A DNA stretch of 62,796 nucleotides, the filler included, from Stramenopiles sp. TOSAG23-3 (Eukaryota): the NCBI GenBank assembly GCA_900128585.1. It is 7 parts of 7 records of this genome, joined end to end, with 100 filler letters (N's around TTAATTAATTAA, not from the genome) between each part and the next. Parts side by side here need not be neighbours in the genome. Positions count along the whole stretch, not along the records: positions 35,598 to 47,318 come from LT642730.1; positions 47,419 to 59,132 come from LT642731.1; 5 more parts are not named here. The stretch is one strand, 5' to 3'. The notes under the pieces were generated by a model, which made no database searches, was not told where the DNA came from, and saw nothing but the letters and a program-made list of their open reading frames with translations. Of the stretch, positions 43,355-54,654 are shown one piece after another (within the stretch, counting starts at the first letter, position 1; each line of letters opens with the position of its first letter). The position numbers and the translations under genes were made by a program.

Positions 43355-44614
43355 CTAGCCCCGCAACTTCGCCTTCAAGCGAGCGATCGCTTCCCTTCTG
43401 TTCCCCATCACTTCGCTCAGGGCTGCCTTGGCCTCCTCTTCGCCCAGACCGTCAACATGCTCCTGAAGGTACTGGACAGCCTCAGCGTCGGTCACCCCGC
43501 CGGACGGAATGTCCGATGCAATCGGGGGAAACCCGCACGTCCGGGATGGAACGCTGCCCTTGCCGTCCACTATCATCTTGCCTTCAACCAGGTCCACGTG
43601 TACCGTAGCGTACGCAACGGAATCCCCGACGGCTTCCAACGGCGCCTGAAAGGTGATGTGCACTATCCCTCGCGGATCCACGCACGAACCGCCCTTGTGG
43701 GAATGGCCGTACATGCACGCGATGACGGGAGTCTCGCTGAAAGTGGTGACACTTTCCCGCTTTCCATTCCCATTTCCAGCTTTCCATCCTCTGGGATTCC
43801 ACAATACGTCCAGTACCTCCTGGTAATTCCATACAACGCAGCTCATAGAGTTGGACCCAGGTATGAAGGAAACGTGCGACGCCAAGACGCACTTTTCATT
43901 TGACTCGAGCGCCAACACAAGGGTCTCCGCCAGCCATTCCAACTGGGAGTTTCCAATGGACCCATTGTACGGAACGTTGCGAAGGTCCAGCCCGGACAGC
44001 CCCGTCGTCCAGTCTACTCCAAACCTTCTCGTGTCGTTCGGATTGTGCTGTTCCAAGTACTTGAACGCTTCCTCCGTCTGCGGGCTCCTCGCCCCGTTCA
44101 AGGTGCTGATGTCGTAGGCGTCCAGGACCACTACGCGAAAACCAGGCGAGACAACGTATGAGTACCACGTGCTCTCGGTCCCCAAGACTGGGTCAAACCG
44201 GGCAGATTGTAACGGGCTTTTTGCACTGTCGTTAAGCTGCTCCCGGGCGAACAAGTACAACTCGTGGTTCCCGATGAGGTCAAACCGTGGCACGTTGCTG
44301 GGGATTTTTTCCAGAACATCCAGCACAGACTTCAAGCAGTTCATCTTGTCGCACGTTTGGATTTTTGCACACCGACCGTCCAGCAGGTCTCCCAGCTGCA
44401 GCACCATCTTTATGCCCCCCGTTTCTTTTGACGCCATCCAATCCTCTACAGCGGCCTTTAAAATATTCAAAGAGTTTCTATAACGGCGGACAACAGTCTT
44501 CTTAAAATCACTGCCGTCGGGCGCATCAGCGTACTGCACGTCTGCAATAACCCCGAACGAGACCGTTCCAGCCCTGACCCCACCGTTCAGCGTATCGTCC
44601 GTAACTCCCGCCAT
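43355..44614 (-). CDS. ADPRM: Mn-dependent ADP-ribose/CDP-alcohol diphosphatase with a C-terminal UBA-like domain
   Basis: FGVIADVQYAD, QLGDLLDG, GNHEL, YNGSIG..QLEWL and GHSHKGG metallophosphoesterase motifs. Confidence 0.88.
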   Translation of the reverse strand: MAGVTDDTLNGGVRAGTVSFGVIADVQYADAPDGSDFKKTVVRRYRNSLNILKAAVEDWMASKETGGIKMVLQLGDLLDGRCAKIQTCDKMNCLKSVLDVLEKIPSNVPRFDLIGNHELYLFAREQLNDSAKSPLQSARFDPVLGTESTWYSYVVSPGFRVVVLDAYDISTLNGARSPQTEEAFKYLEQHNPNDTRRFGVDWTTGLSGLDLRNVPYNGSIGNSQLEWLAETLVLALESNEKCVLASHVSFIPGSNSMSCVVWNYQEVLDVLWNPRGWKAGNGNGKRESVTTFSETPVIACMYGHSHKGGSCVDPRGIVHITFQAPLEAVGDSVAYATVHVDLVEGKMIVDGKGSVPSRTCGFPPIASDIPSGGVTDAEAVQYLQEHVDGLGEEEAKAALSEVMGNRREAIARLKAKLRG

Positions 44615-45185
44615 GCTTCCAATATAATGTATACAAAACTAGTGAGCAGACAAACAAACAAATAACAAAATGAAAATTATTGGTTCAAGTGTGATAATGC
44701 AATTTATTGTGGGAGCTATCTTGCATCTACGTATATAATTTTTTGTCTTTAACTTCTTTACATATCCTTGTATATATACATCAGATCCCGACGAAGAAGA
44801 TAATACAAAAGAAGAAGAAGGAGGGGCTCCTGTATTTCCCTTCTCCTCCCTCTTCTCTTCTTCTTCTTTCCATTCTCTTTTTTATTATAGACGACTATAA
44901 TTATTATTTTTATTATTAATATTATTTATTATTCATATGGAATTACCAAACAAACAGAAAAGGAAATTTCAATATTATTCCTAGTTGTTATTATGATCCT
45001 CGAGGTCCCTGCTGTGCGTTAATGCAGGTTCTTGTCATCATTTTTTTCTCTTCTTCTTCTTTTTTTTTTCTCTTTTTTCTTCTCTCCCTTCTTCTTCTTC
45101 CTTCATTCTTCGTCGATATAATAATATCAATTTATTATTAGTATTTGATACATTTTAATGCATTGTATCATAGGATAAAAAATTG

Positions 45186-47318
45186 TTAATCAATTTTTGA
45201 AGTCTCTTCTTTTTTGGCTGTTCCAGTTGAGGAAGAGTGTTCTAAAGCAGCCAGATGTTCGTTCCAATCCTGGAACCTTGCGTCACATGCCATAATCATA
45301 TCGTTTTTCATTATTTCCCGAAGGCAAACGGTTGCGTACATGGAACTTTTCAATGAAAACGCGAATTCGAGGGACAGGCCTAGGCCGGGCGGCGCCTCGC
45401 TTTCGGACACGGTTAGGTGTTCCGGGAACCCAAGAAAGTGACGGTATGCGCCCTTGATGCGGCACTCTTGTTGGTCGGCTTTGGGTGAAAACATGTCCCA
45501 CGTCATCTCATGGCGCTGCAATAGCTCTTCGATGACCGGGCGGTACAGATCGTTCTGTTCGAGGTACGCTCGAGTCGTCCATCCCACGCTGGGGATGACA
45601 ATGTCCCGTGCCGAGTACGCCTCCCGCATCTTCCTGCAGTTTTCATGGGTAATAGTGTGGTACACGTTGTTTCTCCTCCGCCCACCCTGGCCTCTTTCGC
45701 AGACCATATCCCCGATTGCCAGGGTTGGGGCGGCGCCTGCATCACTGTTTCCAACGTGAAACTCCCACCGCCTCGAGGCCATGTGATTCCATATGTAGCT
45801 TTGCAGCGAGTGGACGTACATGGTCCGAAGCTTGTACGGGAGGGTCTGGAATACCTTCTGCGGGTTGTCGTCACCAAAGCGCCGCAACCCCTGGAGAATC
45901 AGTTTTTCATGTCGCATATGGGACGGCAACCGCCGCAGCGTCTCCTTGGCGTCCTTGGTGGCGCGATAAAATACTTTTGCTGCTGTGGCCCCGTCGCCTT
46001 CCCCAATCCGTGGGGCCAGGGAAAGCGCGATAGCGCGCTCCCAGTCCCCCCGGAGCATTGCTGCCCCGATCTGAAACGGGCGCGGGGATCCTGGGGCGCA
46101 AAACTTTCCCAGCCGCTGCAACCCAAAGTAGTTCACAAACCCGAACTCTGTGACGGCACGGGCCGTGTCCTGCAGGACGCCTTTTCCCAGCTGTGGGGTA
46201 ACGTTCCGGAGAACGATGGCAAAATGGTTCCCTCTCAAATCCCCCAGGCCAAGGTGTCGGCCCGCTTGGGTGCTCGAGTCCCCTACCTCTATCTTTCGCT
46301 GGGCGGCTTCCAGAAACCTGTGCTTTGCGACGTGGCGACCCATGCGGCGCTTTATTTCATGCACTGTCATGTTTTTGACCGTCATGTACTGGTATGATAT
46401 GGAAACCTTGTCCTTGGTTCCCGCAAAGCCGATCTGGCTGGGGGCAACGTTCAGAAGCTTTGCGATGCTGTGAATGGCTTCCCCCTGGTCGATCGACTCT
46501 TTCCTCACCACAACCCGTGTGAAGGTGTCCGCAAGCGCCGTCTCGGCAAACGGGCTGTCGTCCGCGCCGGATGAGGGCAATCCTGGAACCTTCCGTTTTT
46601 TCCCCCACCGCTTCCCCTGTTTCCCTACTTTTCTAAAGAAGGACACGATTGGCTCATTTTTCTTCGACGTAGAGGTGCGGGCCCACTTCAGCTTCTCTTG
46701 GAAAAAATGGTGAAACTTTCTCCTGGAGTCTTTGTCGTCCAAGGGCTGAAGGAACAGGCGGAATGAACGCTGTTCCCTATGCCGCCGCGTATCTGCAATG
46801 AACTTGTACAGTTTGAGCACATCGTCTCGGGTGGGAAGAATACTGCACAGTGGATCCAACAGCTCGTTCGCGGAGACAACAAGGTCCGCGATGGAGGAGG
46901 TGGTTGCCACGCCCTGAACTATCTTTGTTGACAAAAATGGGTACGTCATGGTCACCGCATTGTGGACAAGTTTTCTGCCTGCTCGGTCAAGTGGGTCGCA
47001 GGGCACGCCGAACGTGCACGATTCGGGGGGGGGCGGGCAAAAGACCGCCGAGGTCCACGTTGCCTCCCAAAATACGCGCCCGGACGATCTCCGCAAAGGC
47101 TTCCAGCTTTGTCAAATTCTCTTCCCCCCCCAATTCTCGCGACAGACTGGCCCTGCTCGATATGGCCTCTGTCACTTTGTTCCAAAACATTTCCGGTGTA
47201 GGCGTGGCGGGGGCATCGGGGGCGGTGGTCTTTTTCGTGTTTGCCCCTTTCTGCGTGGCTGGGAACACAACTTCTTTATCGCCTCCTTGGATGACCGGGG
47301 GAGATTCCCCTGGTTCCA
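45186..47318 (-). CDS. PUS7: Pseudouridine synthase TruD/PUS7 family; 5' truncated, frameshift at the G9 run 47025-47033
   Basis: FAGTKDK, LGDLRGNHF, GFVNYFGLQR, MYVHSLQSYIWN, GAYR and YATVCLRE; the upstream part lies in ORF 46987-47268. Confidence 0.88.
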
Positions 47319-47418
47319 NNNNNNNNNNNNNNNNNNNNNNNNNNNNNNNNNNNNNNNNNNNNTTAATTAATTAANNNNNNNNNNNNNNNNNNNNNNNNNN
47401 NNNNNNNNNNNNNNNNNN
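47319..47418. other. Artificial contig-joining linker
   Basis: N44-TTAATTAATTAA-N44. Confidence 0.97.
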
Positions 47419-47477
47419 ACACCTGAAACCGAGACCTACCAACAAAGAACGCACAACGCATCAACCAACAACAAACG

Positions 47478-48983
47478 ATGCCATCGTCATACGTAGTCCA
47501 ACTGGCAAAAACCGGTCGTGCGACGTGCAAGGTATGTAAAGAAAAAATTAGTAAAGGAGCATTGCGGGTCGGTACGGAGACAGAACGGGATGATGTTGTA
47601 ATGACATCGTGGCGGCATGCCGGGTGCTTTAAGCTGCCGAAAACGTTCAAAAACGACATTGAAGGGTTCATTGAAGAATTCAGTGAAAAGATACCCACGG
47701 AGCTGCGAGATGACTTTCGACGTGAAATGAACAGTGAAGTTGTTAAAAGGCAGGAGAAAAAGAAAGCTTCTAGTGCAAAGTTCGAAAAGCTTGCGGCGGC
47801 GGCGGCGGGCTTGCAAGTGGATGCCAAGTCCAGCGCGAGCGAACAGAAAGGAGCCAAGAAGCGAAAGAAAAGCCACGCCGTTAGCACCTCCTCTGCCAGC
47901 GCGGTCGCGCAAGAACACGGTGTGAACCAAGCAGAACTGGAGGCATATTGCAAGTACTCAACCATGACCGTCGATGATTTGAAACAAATATTAAAGTTCA
48001 ACTTTCAGGTTCGAAGCGGGAAAAAAGACGAACTGGTGGAACGATGTATGGATGGGCACCAGTTTGGGGCTATCCCGCGCTGCCCGGACTGCAAAGGGGG
48101 CGAAGATGACCCGTCCCGTGAAAATACTGGACGAAAATCAACCACCTTGCGGAGGGCAAAGGCAGGTTGGGTCTGCCAAGGATTTCACAATGGCAAATGG
48201 AGGATTAGCTGCAATTTTTCCGCAGAAACTATTGATCGCGCACCCTGGATCACGACTGCTGAAGAGTTCGATGCGATGCAAAGCATGGAAGAAGCCGAAC
48301 AAAAGATCAAGGATAGTGCCGGGTTGGAAAACGCTGACTTCGATGCGACTGGAATGAACAAGAGTGAGATTGTGCGCGCACTGTCTGAAAAGGCCCACTA
48401 CCTGGACATCGCGCTACCAAAGGATAAGAGTGAAGCAAATGTTGCGATTGGGCAGGAGTTTATGGCGAACGATCAAGACGTCACCCGGACCTTAATATCC
48501 CTTAGAAAACAATTCGGCACGAACAAGGGGAACGAAGAAAAATCCTTACAGGCTGCAGAAGCGTGCGTCCGCAGTGAAAATGCAGACTTGGCCAGGTATT
48601 TCGACATGGCTGCCGATGCGTACACAGAATTTTTCAAGAAAACAAGTGCGGCAAAGGTGAGCTTAGCGATGCAAAAGTGCGATTTCATCGTTGGTAAGGA
48701 CGGAAAAACTGGAAAAGCGATATCAACTTCGAAAAAGCACAAAATCCCTGGCATCGGTAAGAGCTCTGGGCAGAAAATCGATGAATTCTTAGAGACGGGA
48801 AAAATTGAGGCATTTGATAACCTTCTAGCGGAGGCCGGCGTTTCGTTCCACGGCGCTGGGGAAGACAAAAAAAGCGAAGCGCCCCCGGTTGCTGAGCAGC
48901 AAGGTGCAGGCGCAGGTTATGGGCAAAGTGGGTACTCTGGGTACGGCGCTGAAGAATATGGAAATAATGCCTACGGGTATTAA
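47478..48983 (+). CDS. PARP-type zinc finger, SAP-like/PADR1 zinc domain and Pol-beta-type helix-hairpin-helix protein, with no catalytic domain
   Basis: AKTGRATCKVC...WRHAGC; TVDDLKQIL...SGKKDELVERC.DG..FGAIPRCPDC...CQG...C; IPGIGKSSGQKIDEFLETG. Confidence 0.8.
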   Translation: MPSSYVVQLAKTGRATCKVCKEKISKGALRVGTETERDDVVMTSWRHAGCFKLPKTFKNDIEGFIEEFSEKIPTELRDDFRREMNSEVVKRQEKKKASSAKFEKLAAAAAGLQVDAKSSASEQKGAKKRKKSHAVSTSSASAVAQEHGVNQAELEAYCKYSTMTVDDLKQILKFNFQVRSGKKDELVERCMDGHQFGAIPRCPDCKGGEDDPSRENTGRKSTTLRRAKAGWVCQGFHNGKWRISCNFSAETIDRAPWITTAEEFDAMQSMEEAEQKIKDSAGLENADFDATGMNKSEIVRALSEKAHYLDIALPKDKSEANVAIGQEFMANDQDVTRTLISLRKQFGTNKGNEEKSLQAAEACVRSENADLARYFDMAADAYTEFFKKTSAAKVSLAMQKCDFIVGKDGKTGKAISTSKKHKIPGIGKSSGQKIDEFLETGKIEAFDNLLAEAGVSFHGAGEDKKSEAPPVAEQQGAGAGYGQSGYSGYGAEEYGNNAYGY

Positions 48984-49473
48984 AAAACATAAGTTGAACA
49001 GATCTCTCTCTGGCAATTTCGCTGGTGTTCACGACTAAGAGCAGTGTATAAAAAATAAAAACAAGAAAATTGGCTGTTAAAAAATAATATAAATTGAAAA
49101 ATTGGCTGTTATTTTTTAAGTGTTTCATTAATAATAAAATACCGAAAAAAAAACAAAATTTATTACTCTTGGTTAGTTAATATAAATATTAAAATAATGT
49201 ACTGCGAACTGAACTCTGCTGGTATTTTATTTATTTTTATTAAATATTTTTTTATAAAATACTGTCAAACACCAAATAATTTTTTTTATTTTAATGGGGG
49301 CTGGCATTTGCGAGTTAATTAGTAAAAAAAATAAATTATATATGCGAGTTAATTAGTTACTGTACTCACAAGAGTTCTAAAATTAATTTAAGTTTTAAAT
49401 CTCTTCTTAGACTTCCGCACAACAATATTGATTTTTTTTAATTTAATCATGGATGTTTTAAGCAAACATGAAA

Positions 49474-51063
49474 TTAGCGATGATCTGGATACAGTTCAGC
49501 ATACATACTCTGCAAAGCAGTTGCGTACAACTGTCTCACGCCAGTTATTTCTTCTTTTGTTTCATCCTTTTGAGGCTTAAGACTATCGTGCTCCCAGTCA
49601 AGGTGAGGCCACATGTCAAGAAAGTGATCCATGGAGTCGGCCTCGACGCTTTTGAGCTTCATCCCATACTTCTCAAAACATTCCAACACATGTTGTACTT
49701 CACGGCAGACTTTCTTGCCAACAGGTCCTCTTTTTTTATCCTTTTTTTTATCCCCCTCCTCTTCCTCTGTGCACTTGCAACGGCAGACTTTCTTGCCAAC
49801 AGGTCCTCTTTTTTTATCCTCTTCCTCTTCCTCTTCCTCTTTACAATTGCAATTAAATCCTTCACCATCTTTACCATCACTGTTTTTAATCTTTGGGTAT
49901 TTTTCACCAGTGTTCAAACCGTGGGTACGGTTTAAGCGTGCTAGCGTAAAATATATAAACTCTTTCGGAGTAGTGGGCCTATGCTTAACAATATTCCACT
50001 CGGACACGAAAATATTATAAAGCATTAAGAGTACCATGGGTAGGACGATAATACACGTGTTGATCACCACCGATTCAAGAAGCCATGCCATGAAGTACTG
50101 ACCATGTGTAAATACATCTTCGCTGTGTGTAGCGTACCCAAACTCCACTCCCGTTATTGGATAATGTGGTAGCAGAGTCTGCATTATTCGACCAACCGAC
50201 CCGAGCCAAAAGAGAAGAGCAAACAACAGCAAAATAAAAAAAACGAGTATCAGCAGCACCCCCGATTCCCAGAACTTTGACATCATGACTTCGCCCATTG
50301 AATGGGCCCCGGAAACCACCAGTAGCAAATACCAGACTGTACCAAAGGCAAGAATCATTAATAAAAGTCCAACGCTCACAGCCGAAAAGAAATTAACTGT
50401 TACGCTGGGAATCTCATTGGGCTTACTTCCTGCAAATAAAGGTGTAAGAGCAACAACGTCTTTAATGTTTACTGGATCTCCGGGTTTGACTGGATAGTCA
50501 CTTCCAGGTTTCAACAGACCTGTGGCATTGTAAGTTCCGAAATAACCCCCAGAATCAATTTGGATGCACGTGGCTTCGTGAGCAAACCCCTCAACGCAGC
50601 TGTTAAGGTCTACAGCCATAAAATTTTCAGTCTCGAGAACAGTCGACGAAGCAGCAACAAATGCCAGCAATAGTGCGCACAGGAGCAAAATTGTGTTTAT
50701 TAGATTTGTGGCTCCATCGTAGTTAATTGGTGGACCCATGTGCATACTTTCAATTAGTTGCCTCATAGTTATGTCGCTTTTTGTTTTAAGAGGCTTCACA
50801 AATTTAAAGAAACCAAGGAAGGGGATGATTTTGACAGCAGTGTACATAGCAGCGTTAACAAAATTGTATCCACATTTTAGGTCACGTTCCTCATCGATTT
50901 TATTCTTTATATATTTTGAAAAGCAGACTTCGGGGTCACCAGTTTTTTCGGTTTGAAGGTTGGGGACTTCGAGGTCGCCGGACTTTTTTTTTGTGGGGTC
51001 ACCAGTTTTTTCGGTTTGACGGGGCTGACTTTCGTCGACATTGGGGCTGACTTTCGTCGACAT
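49474..51063 (-). CDS. Hypothetical multi-pass membrane protein with internal tandem duplications
   Basis: ATG at 51063 (MSTKVSP); 4-5 hydrophobic segments; QTEKTGDP x2 and CxCxEEEE..DKKRGPVGKKVCR x2. Confidence 0.75.
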   Translation of the reverse strand: MSTKVSPNVDESQPRQTEKTGDPTKKKSGDLEVPNLQTEKTGDPEVCFSKYIKNKIDEERDLKCGYNFVNAAMYTAVKIIPFLGFFKFVKPLKTKSDITMRQLIESMHMGPPINYDGATNLINTILLLCALLLAFVAASSTVLETENFMAVDLNSCVEGFAHEATCIQIDSGGYFGTYNATGLLKPGSDYPVKPGDPVNIKDVVALTPLFAGSKPNEIPSVTVNFFSAVSVGLLLMILAFGTVWYLLLVVSGAHSMGEVMMSKFWESGVLLILVFFILLLFALLFWLGSVGRIMQTLLPHYPITGVEFGYATHSEDVFTHGQYFMAWLLESVVINTCIIVLPMVLLMLYNIFVSEWNIVKHRPTTPKEFIYFTLARLNRTHGLNTGEKYPKIKNSDGKDGEGFNCNCKEEEEEEEDKKRGPVGKKVCRCKCTEEEEGDKKKDKKRGPVGKKVCREVQHVLECFEKYGMKLKSVEADSMDHFLDMWPHLDWEHDSLKPQKDETKEEITGVRQLYATALQSMYAELYPDHR

Positions 51064-51876
51064 TTTAACAGTGATTGATAAACTAAGTGAAATAAACTTG
51101 TAAGTCACAGCAATGTTTGAAAATTTGGGAGGTGATGCCTGATATGTGCTTTGTGTACAAGTGGGGTGTCGCCTTTAATTACCCAGCAGTTTTATGGTGA
51201 AATCACTTGTTTAACGGGGAAACTGCTGAGGCTGGGAACAACTACAACTAATGTGAATTATGAAATTGGCCACTACTATAATAAAATACTACTTTCACTC
51301 CTCTTTCGCTCGCTCAGTCTATTATTATTTTTCAAATAAAAAATAACGAACTTCTACAGCAGCTCTTTTCATTTATTAATTTGATGTATCATGTACCGTC
51401 GTATTATATTATACCGTACGCAGTGTATGTTATAATAGTTAAATTCCATTAATAAAATAATAAAATACTACTACTTCTGCTGATGCTGATGCTGTATCCT
51501 TTGTAATTATATTTTCGTTTTACACAAACAACAATTTAGTAATAAATAATAATTGCAAATTAATAATGAAACAATGAAACCTCTTGCTGCATTGCATTGT
51601 TTTTTAATACTATCGTCGTAGAAACACTACGTACCAGGTATTATACCAGGTAGGGTATAATACCGGTACCGTACCGGTACCGTAATGGTTTGTTGATATA
51701 TCGATAAAATTATTAAAAATTTGCCCTAATTATAACCCTATAATGTTAACCTGACGAAAGGAAGACTCAGTTATATTAGTTTAACGAAATTAATGTAACA
51801 TGCCGTGGCAAGATCCTTTTAGCAAAAAGTGTTGGAAGAATGGCGATGAGAAGAGGCGCCAGGAGCCTGTTTCTGC

Positions 51877-53040
51877 TTATGACATTTCCAATATTTTACA
51901 ATCGTCTAAACTTATCTCAAACCCTTCGTCCCAACGCGATTTTATAATATTCAACGCCATCGTTCCTTTAGATTTCGTTCCACAAAAATTAACTGCCTTG
52001 GACAAAGCTTGTTGAAACGCAGCTACTTCACCGTAGAAATCGGTTCCCTCTGACTTGATTTTTTGCCAAAGGGTACTGTTGAAATGTGTGTACAATGCGA
52101 CATCAACGCTGCTGTATTCTCTGTACGTCTGCATCAACTCAGGATCAACGGTGGAAGGGTCATTCTTGGCGTACGTGCCTTTATTTTTCGCAACGTACAT
52201 TATATCTTTCCAACCCCATGACAGAGTTCGCCTCAATAAGATTAAACTTTCAATGAAATATTCGATGACCATAACAAGCGAAAACTTCATAGAGATAAGA
52301 TTGATAAAGCGATCAATTGCATCCTTGTTGCGCGATAAATCCTTGCCCCTCCACCCAGTTGGAAACCCCAAAGTAAAGCTCATAAGATTTCGCGTCATGC
52401 TGAACCCGTCCGGAACACAATAGCGAATGTTCTTAACCTTTGGTGACTGATAGACCGCCTCGTATTTCACAATGTCACGAAAGTATTGTTTCAGCAAACC
52501 AACATTATTGCCATTCTCTTTATTCAAACCAACAATTTCAGCCAAATTGTAGTAATGAAACATCGACTGTACTTGCGAGAACGGTTCTCTAATGCTAGTG
52601 ATGTAGATAGTTTCACGAGGCATCAACGCCTCTAATTTTGTCGCGTTATAAACCATGTGGTCGCATAAAATATTGAACCCTCCATTAAGAACTGGTCTAT
52701 AGTATTCTGGCTCAAGTTGGTACGGCCATCCCAAGTACAATTTATCTTCTTGTGGCAGGACAACCGATAGGTCATGATCGTAAGCAAACCTGTAAAACAT
52801 GGATGACAAAGTTTCACTTGCGCATTTGATCATTTTTATGTACACTAGATTTTTTAATTTTCCCTTTGGGTTTAAAGATTTTTCCACGTTGTTCCTAAAT
52901 TTGGTTTTGTGTATTGACGATCTAAATTTGAAAATGAAGAACCCGTTGATGGTTGCGAATATCAGCACAAACAAAGACGCCATGCAAGTGACTGTCGGTA
53001 TAGGACATAGTTTCTTCTGACCCTTCCTCCATTTCCTCAT
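51877..53040 (-). CDS. Galactose-3-O-sulfotransferase family, type II membrane protein
   Basis: N-terminal TM; PAPS-loop YIKMIKCASETL, ITSIREP..Q..S.F.Y, LVMVIEYF.ESLILLRR.L.W and D.ALY.HFN.TLW. Confidence 0.9.
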   Translation of the reverse strand: MRKWRKGQKKLCPIPTVTCMASLFVLIFATINGFFIFKFRSSIHKTKFRNNVEKSLNPKGKLKNLVYIKMIKCASETLSSMFYRFAYDHDLSVVLPQEDKLYLGWPYQLEPEYYRPVLNGGFNILCDHMVYNATKLEALMPRETIYITSIREPFSQVQSMFHYYNLAEIVGLNKENGNNVGLLKQYFRDIVKYEAVYQSPKVKNIRYCVPDGFSMTRNLMSFTLGFPTGWRGKDLSRNKDAIDRFINLISMKFSLVMVIEYFIESLILLRRTLSWGWKDIMYVAKNKGTYAKNDPSTVDPELMQTYREYSSVDVALYTHFNSTLWQKIKSEGTDFYGEVAAFQQALSKAVNFCGTKSKGTMALNIIKSRWDEGFEISLDDCKILEMS

Positions 53041-53874
53041 CTCACCAACGCCCTTTCACTATCGAACACAAAAATCAAATAGCCTCTATACACATGTGTA
53101 CTCTTATGTACATGCACACAAACGAACACTGCTTCTAAATGCCGTGATAGTGCTTTTTTCCTGCAAGCTTGATAGAAACCGTTGCGTAAATTCTCTATCT
53201 GTTTATGTGTCCGTGTGTGTGTTTATCTAATCTATGCTTTTGGGTTTATATTTCATATTGTTTCTTGAAGAATTGATTTGACTAATAATAGTATTTTTTA
53301 ATTTTTTTTATAAGAGAAGAAGAAGAAAGAGAAGTGTATTTTAATAAAACACAACAACAACAACAATTATTATTATTTTTTTGTATAATTATTATTATTT
53401 TCGGTTATATTTATATATAATAATATTACGCTCTTCTTATATATATTCGAAGAAGGTGGTGGCCTTTAAAGTACGTACGGTATGTGTATAATACCGTTTT
53501 TTTCGTATTTTTTCCTTCCTTCTTCTTCCTTTTTTTCATCATCATTATTTTTTTGTTCGTTTCGTTATAATTTAGATAATAATCAAAAAATAATATTACT
53601 ACATAATAAATAATAATAATAATAGGAAGGAGTAGTAAGTAGTATAATCATCATCATCATTTTCACAACGGTGGAAAAAGAAAGTAAAAGTAAAACGATG
53701 GCATGATATGCACGATTGTCATGACAACGATTTTATTATAAATTGTGTATACGGGGGAGAAAGTTAAACCAGTAATACGACAGTAGTATTTTATACTGGA
53801 GTTAATAACATTATAAACGAGTAAACTGCAAAGAAGGCCGCCATTTTATTTTTTTGCTGTACAAGCTCCAGACC

Positions 53875-54288
53875 ATGCCAAAACGGTTTCCTCGTCGGCA
53901 CTTGTGTGGAAGTTCAAACTTGCCAAAAGCACAAAAATGTGTAGATACAGCTGAGATTCTAATTAAGCCCCCAGTACTAAAATTCGTAGACCCGTCGGAA
54001 CAGGTTGGGAGAGTATGGAAAAGGCCGACGACGCTGTATGAACCCCCCGTTATACAAAAGACTAAATTAGGCGGGACAATAGTAAGACCTGAGTCTCGCT
54101 GCAATGCAGAGCGTGTGCATAACGTTGTGAGTTCATTTCTAGACAGTCATGAAAACCACTCATTTTTACAGAAGCAATGGAGCAATTCCCAACCTCAAAT
54201 GGGTGTGTCTGAGTGGCAGCCAGGAGAGGCACCCCGTGCAAGGCCAATATTCACCATGACAGACGATTTATTTGTAGGCGGGGTATAA
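53875..54288 (+). CDS. Small hypothetical protein
   Basis: 137-aa ORF from ATG 53875, in a GC-richer island between AT-rich spacers. Confidence 0.5.
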   Translation: MPKRFPRRHLCGSSNLPKAQKCVDTAEILIKPPVLKFVDPSEQVGRVWKRPTTLYEPPVIQKTKLGGTIVRPESRCNAERVHNVVSSFLDSHENHSFLQKQWSNSQPQMGVSEWQPGEAPRARPIFTMTDDLFVGGV

Positions 54289-54654
54289 TATGGTGGGGGG
54301 TCGCGTCAAGGTTTAACGGGGCCACTTAAATTTGCCTCTGGCTCTGGTCTCTGGTCGGAGTGATCCACAAAAACATTTGTACAAAAAAGTAAAAAGAAAA
54401 TAGGTGACCATATATTAAGTTATTCTTTTCCTTTTCCCAAATAAAAAGTTCGAAAACACAAAAATATTGCCAATTTAAAAAAGTTCAAAAACTGAGATAA
54501 TAAAAATAAAAATTTAACATTAATGACGAAATAAAAGCGTGCATGCTGTATTATCCTCTCGCAAGTATCATATATTAATACTGTGGGCTTTGTTTTTAGA
54601 AACCCCACCCCAGGGAATCCGGTGGAATTTTTACAACAGGCATTTTGCCGGCCG

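Noticed and set aside
45645-46397. Long antisense ORFs (also 43301-43903, 33198-33839, 6469-7119)
   Set aside because: They lie opposite well-supported genes and have no motifs; expected shadows in GC-richer coding DNA.
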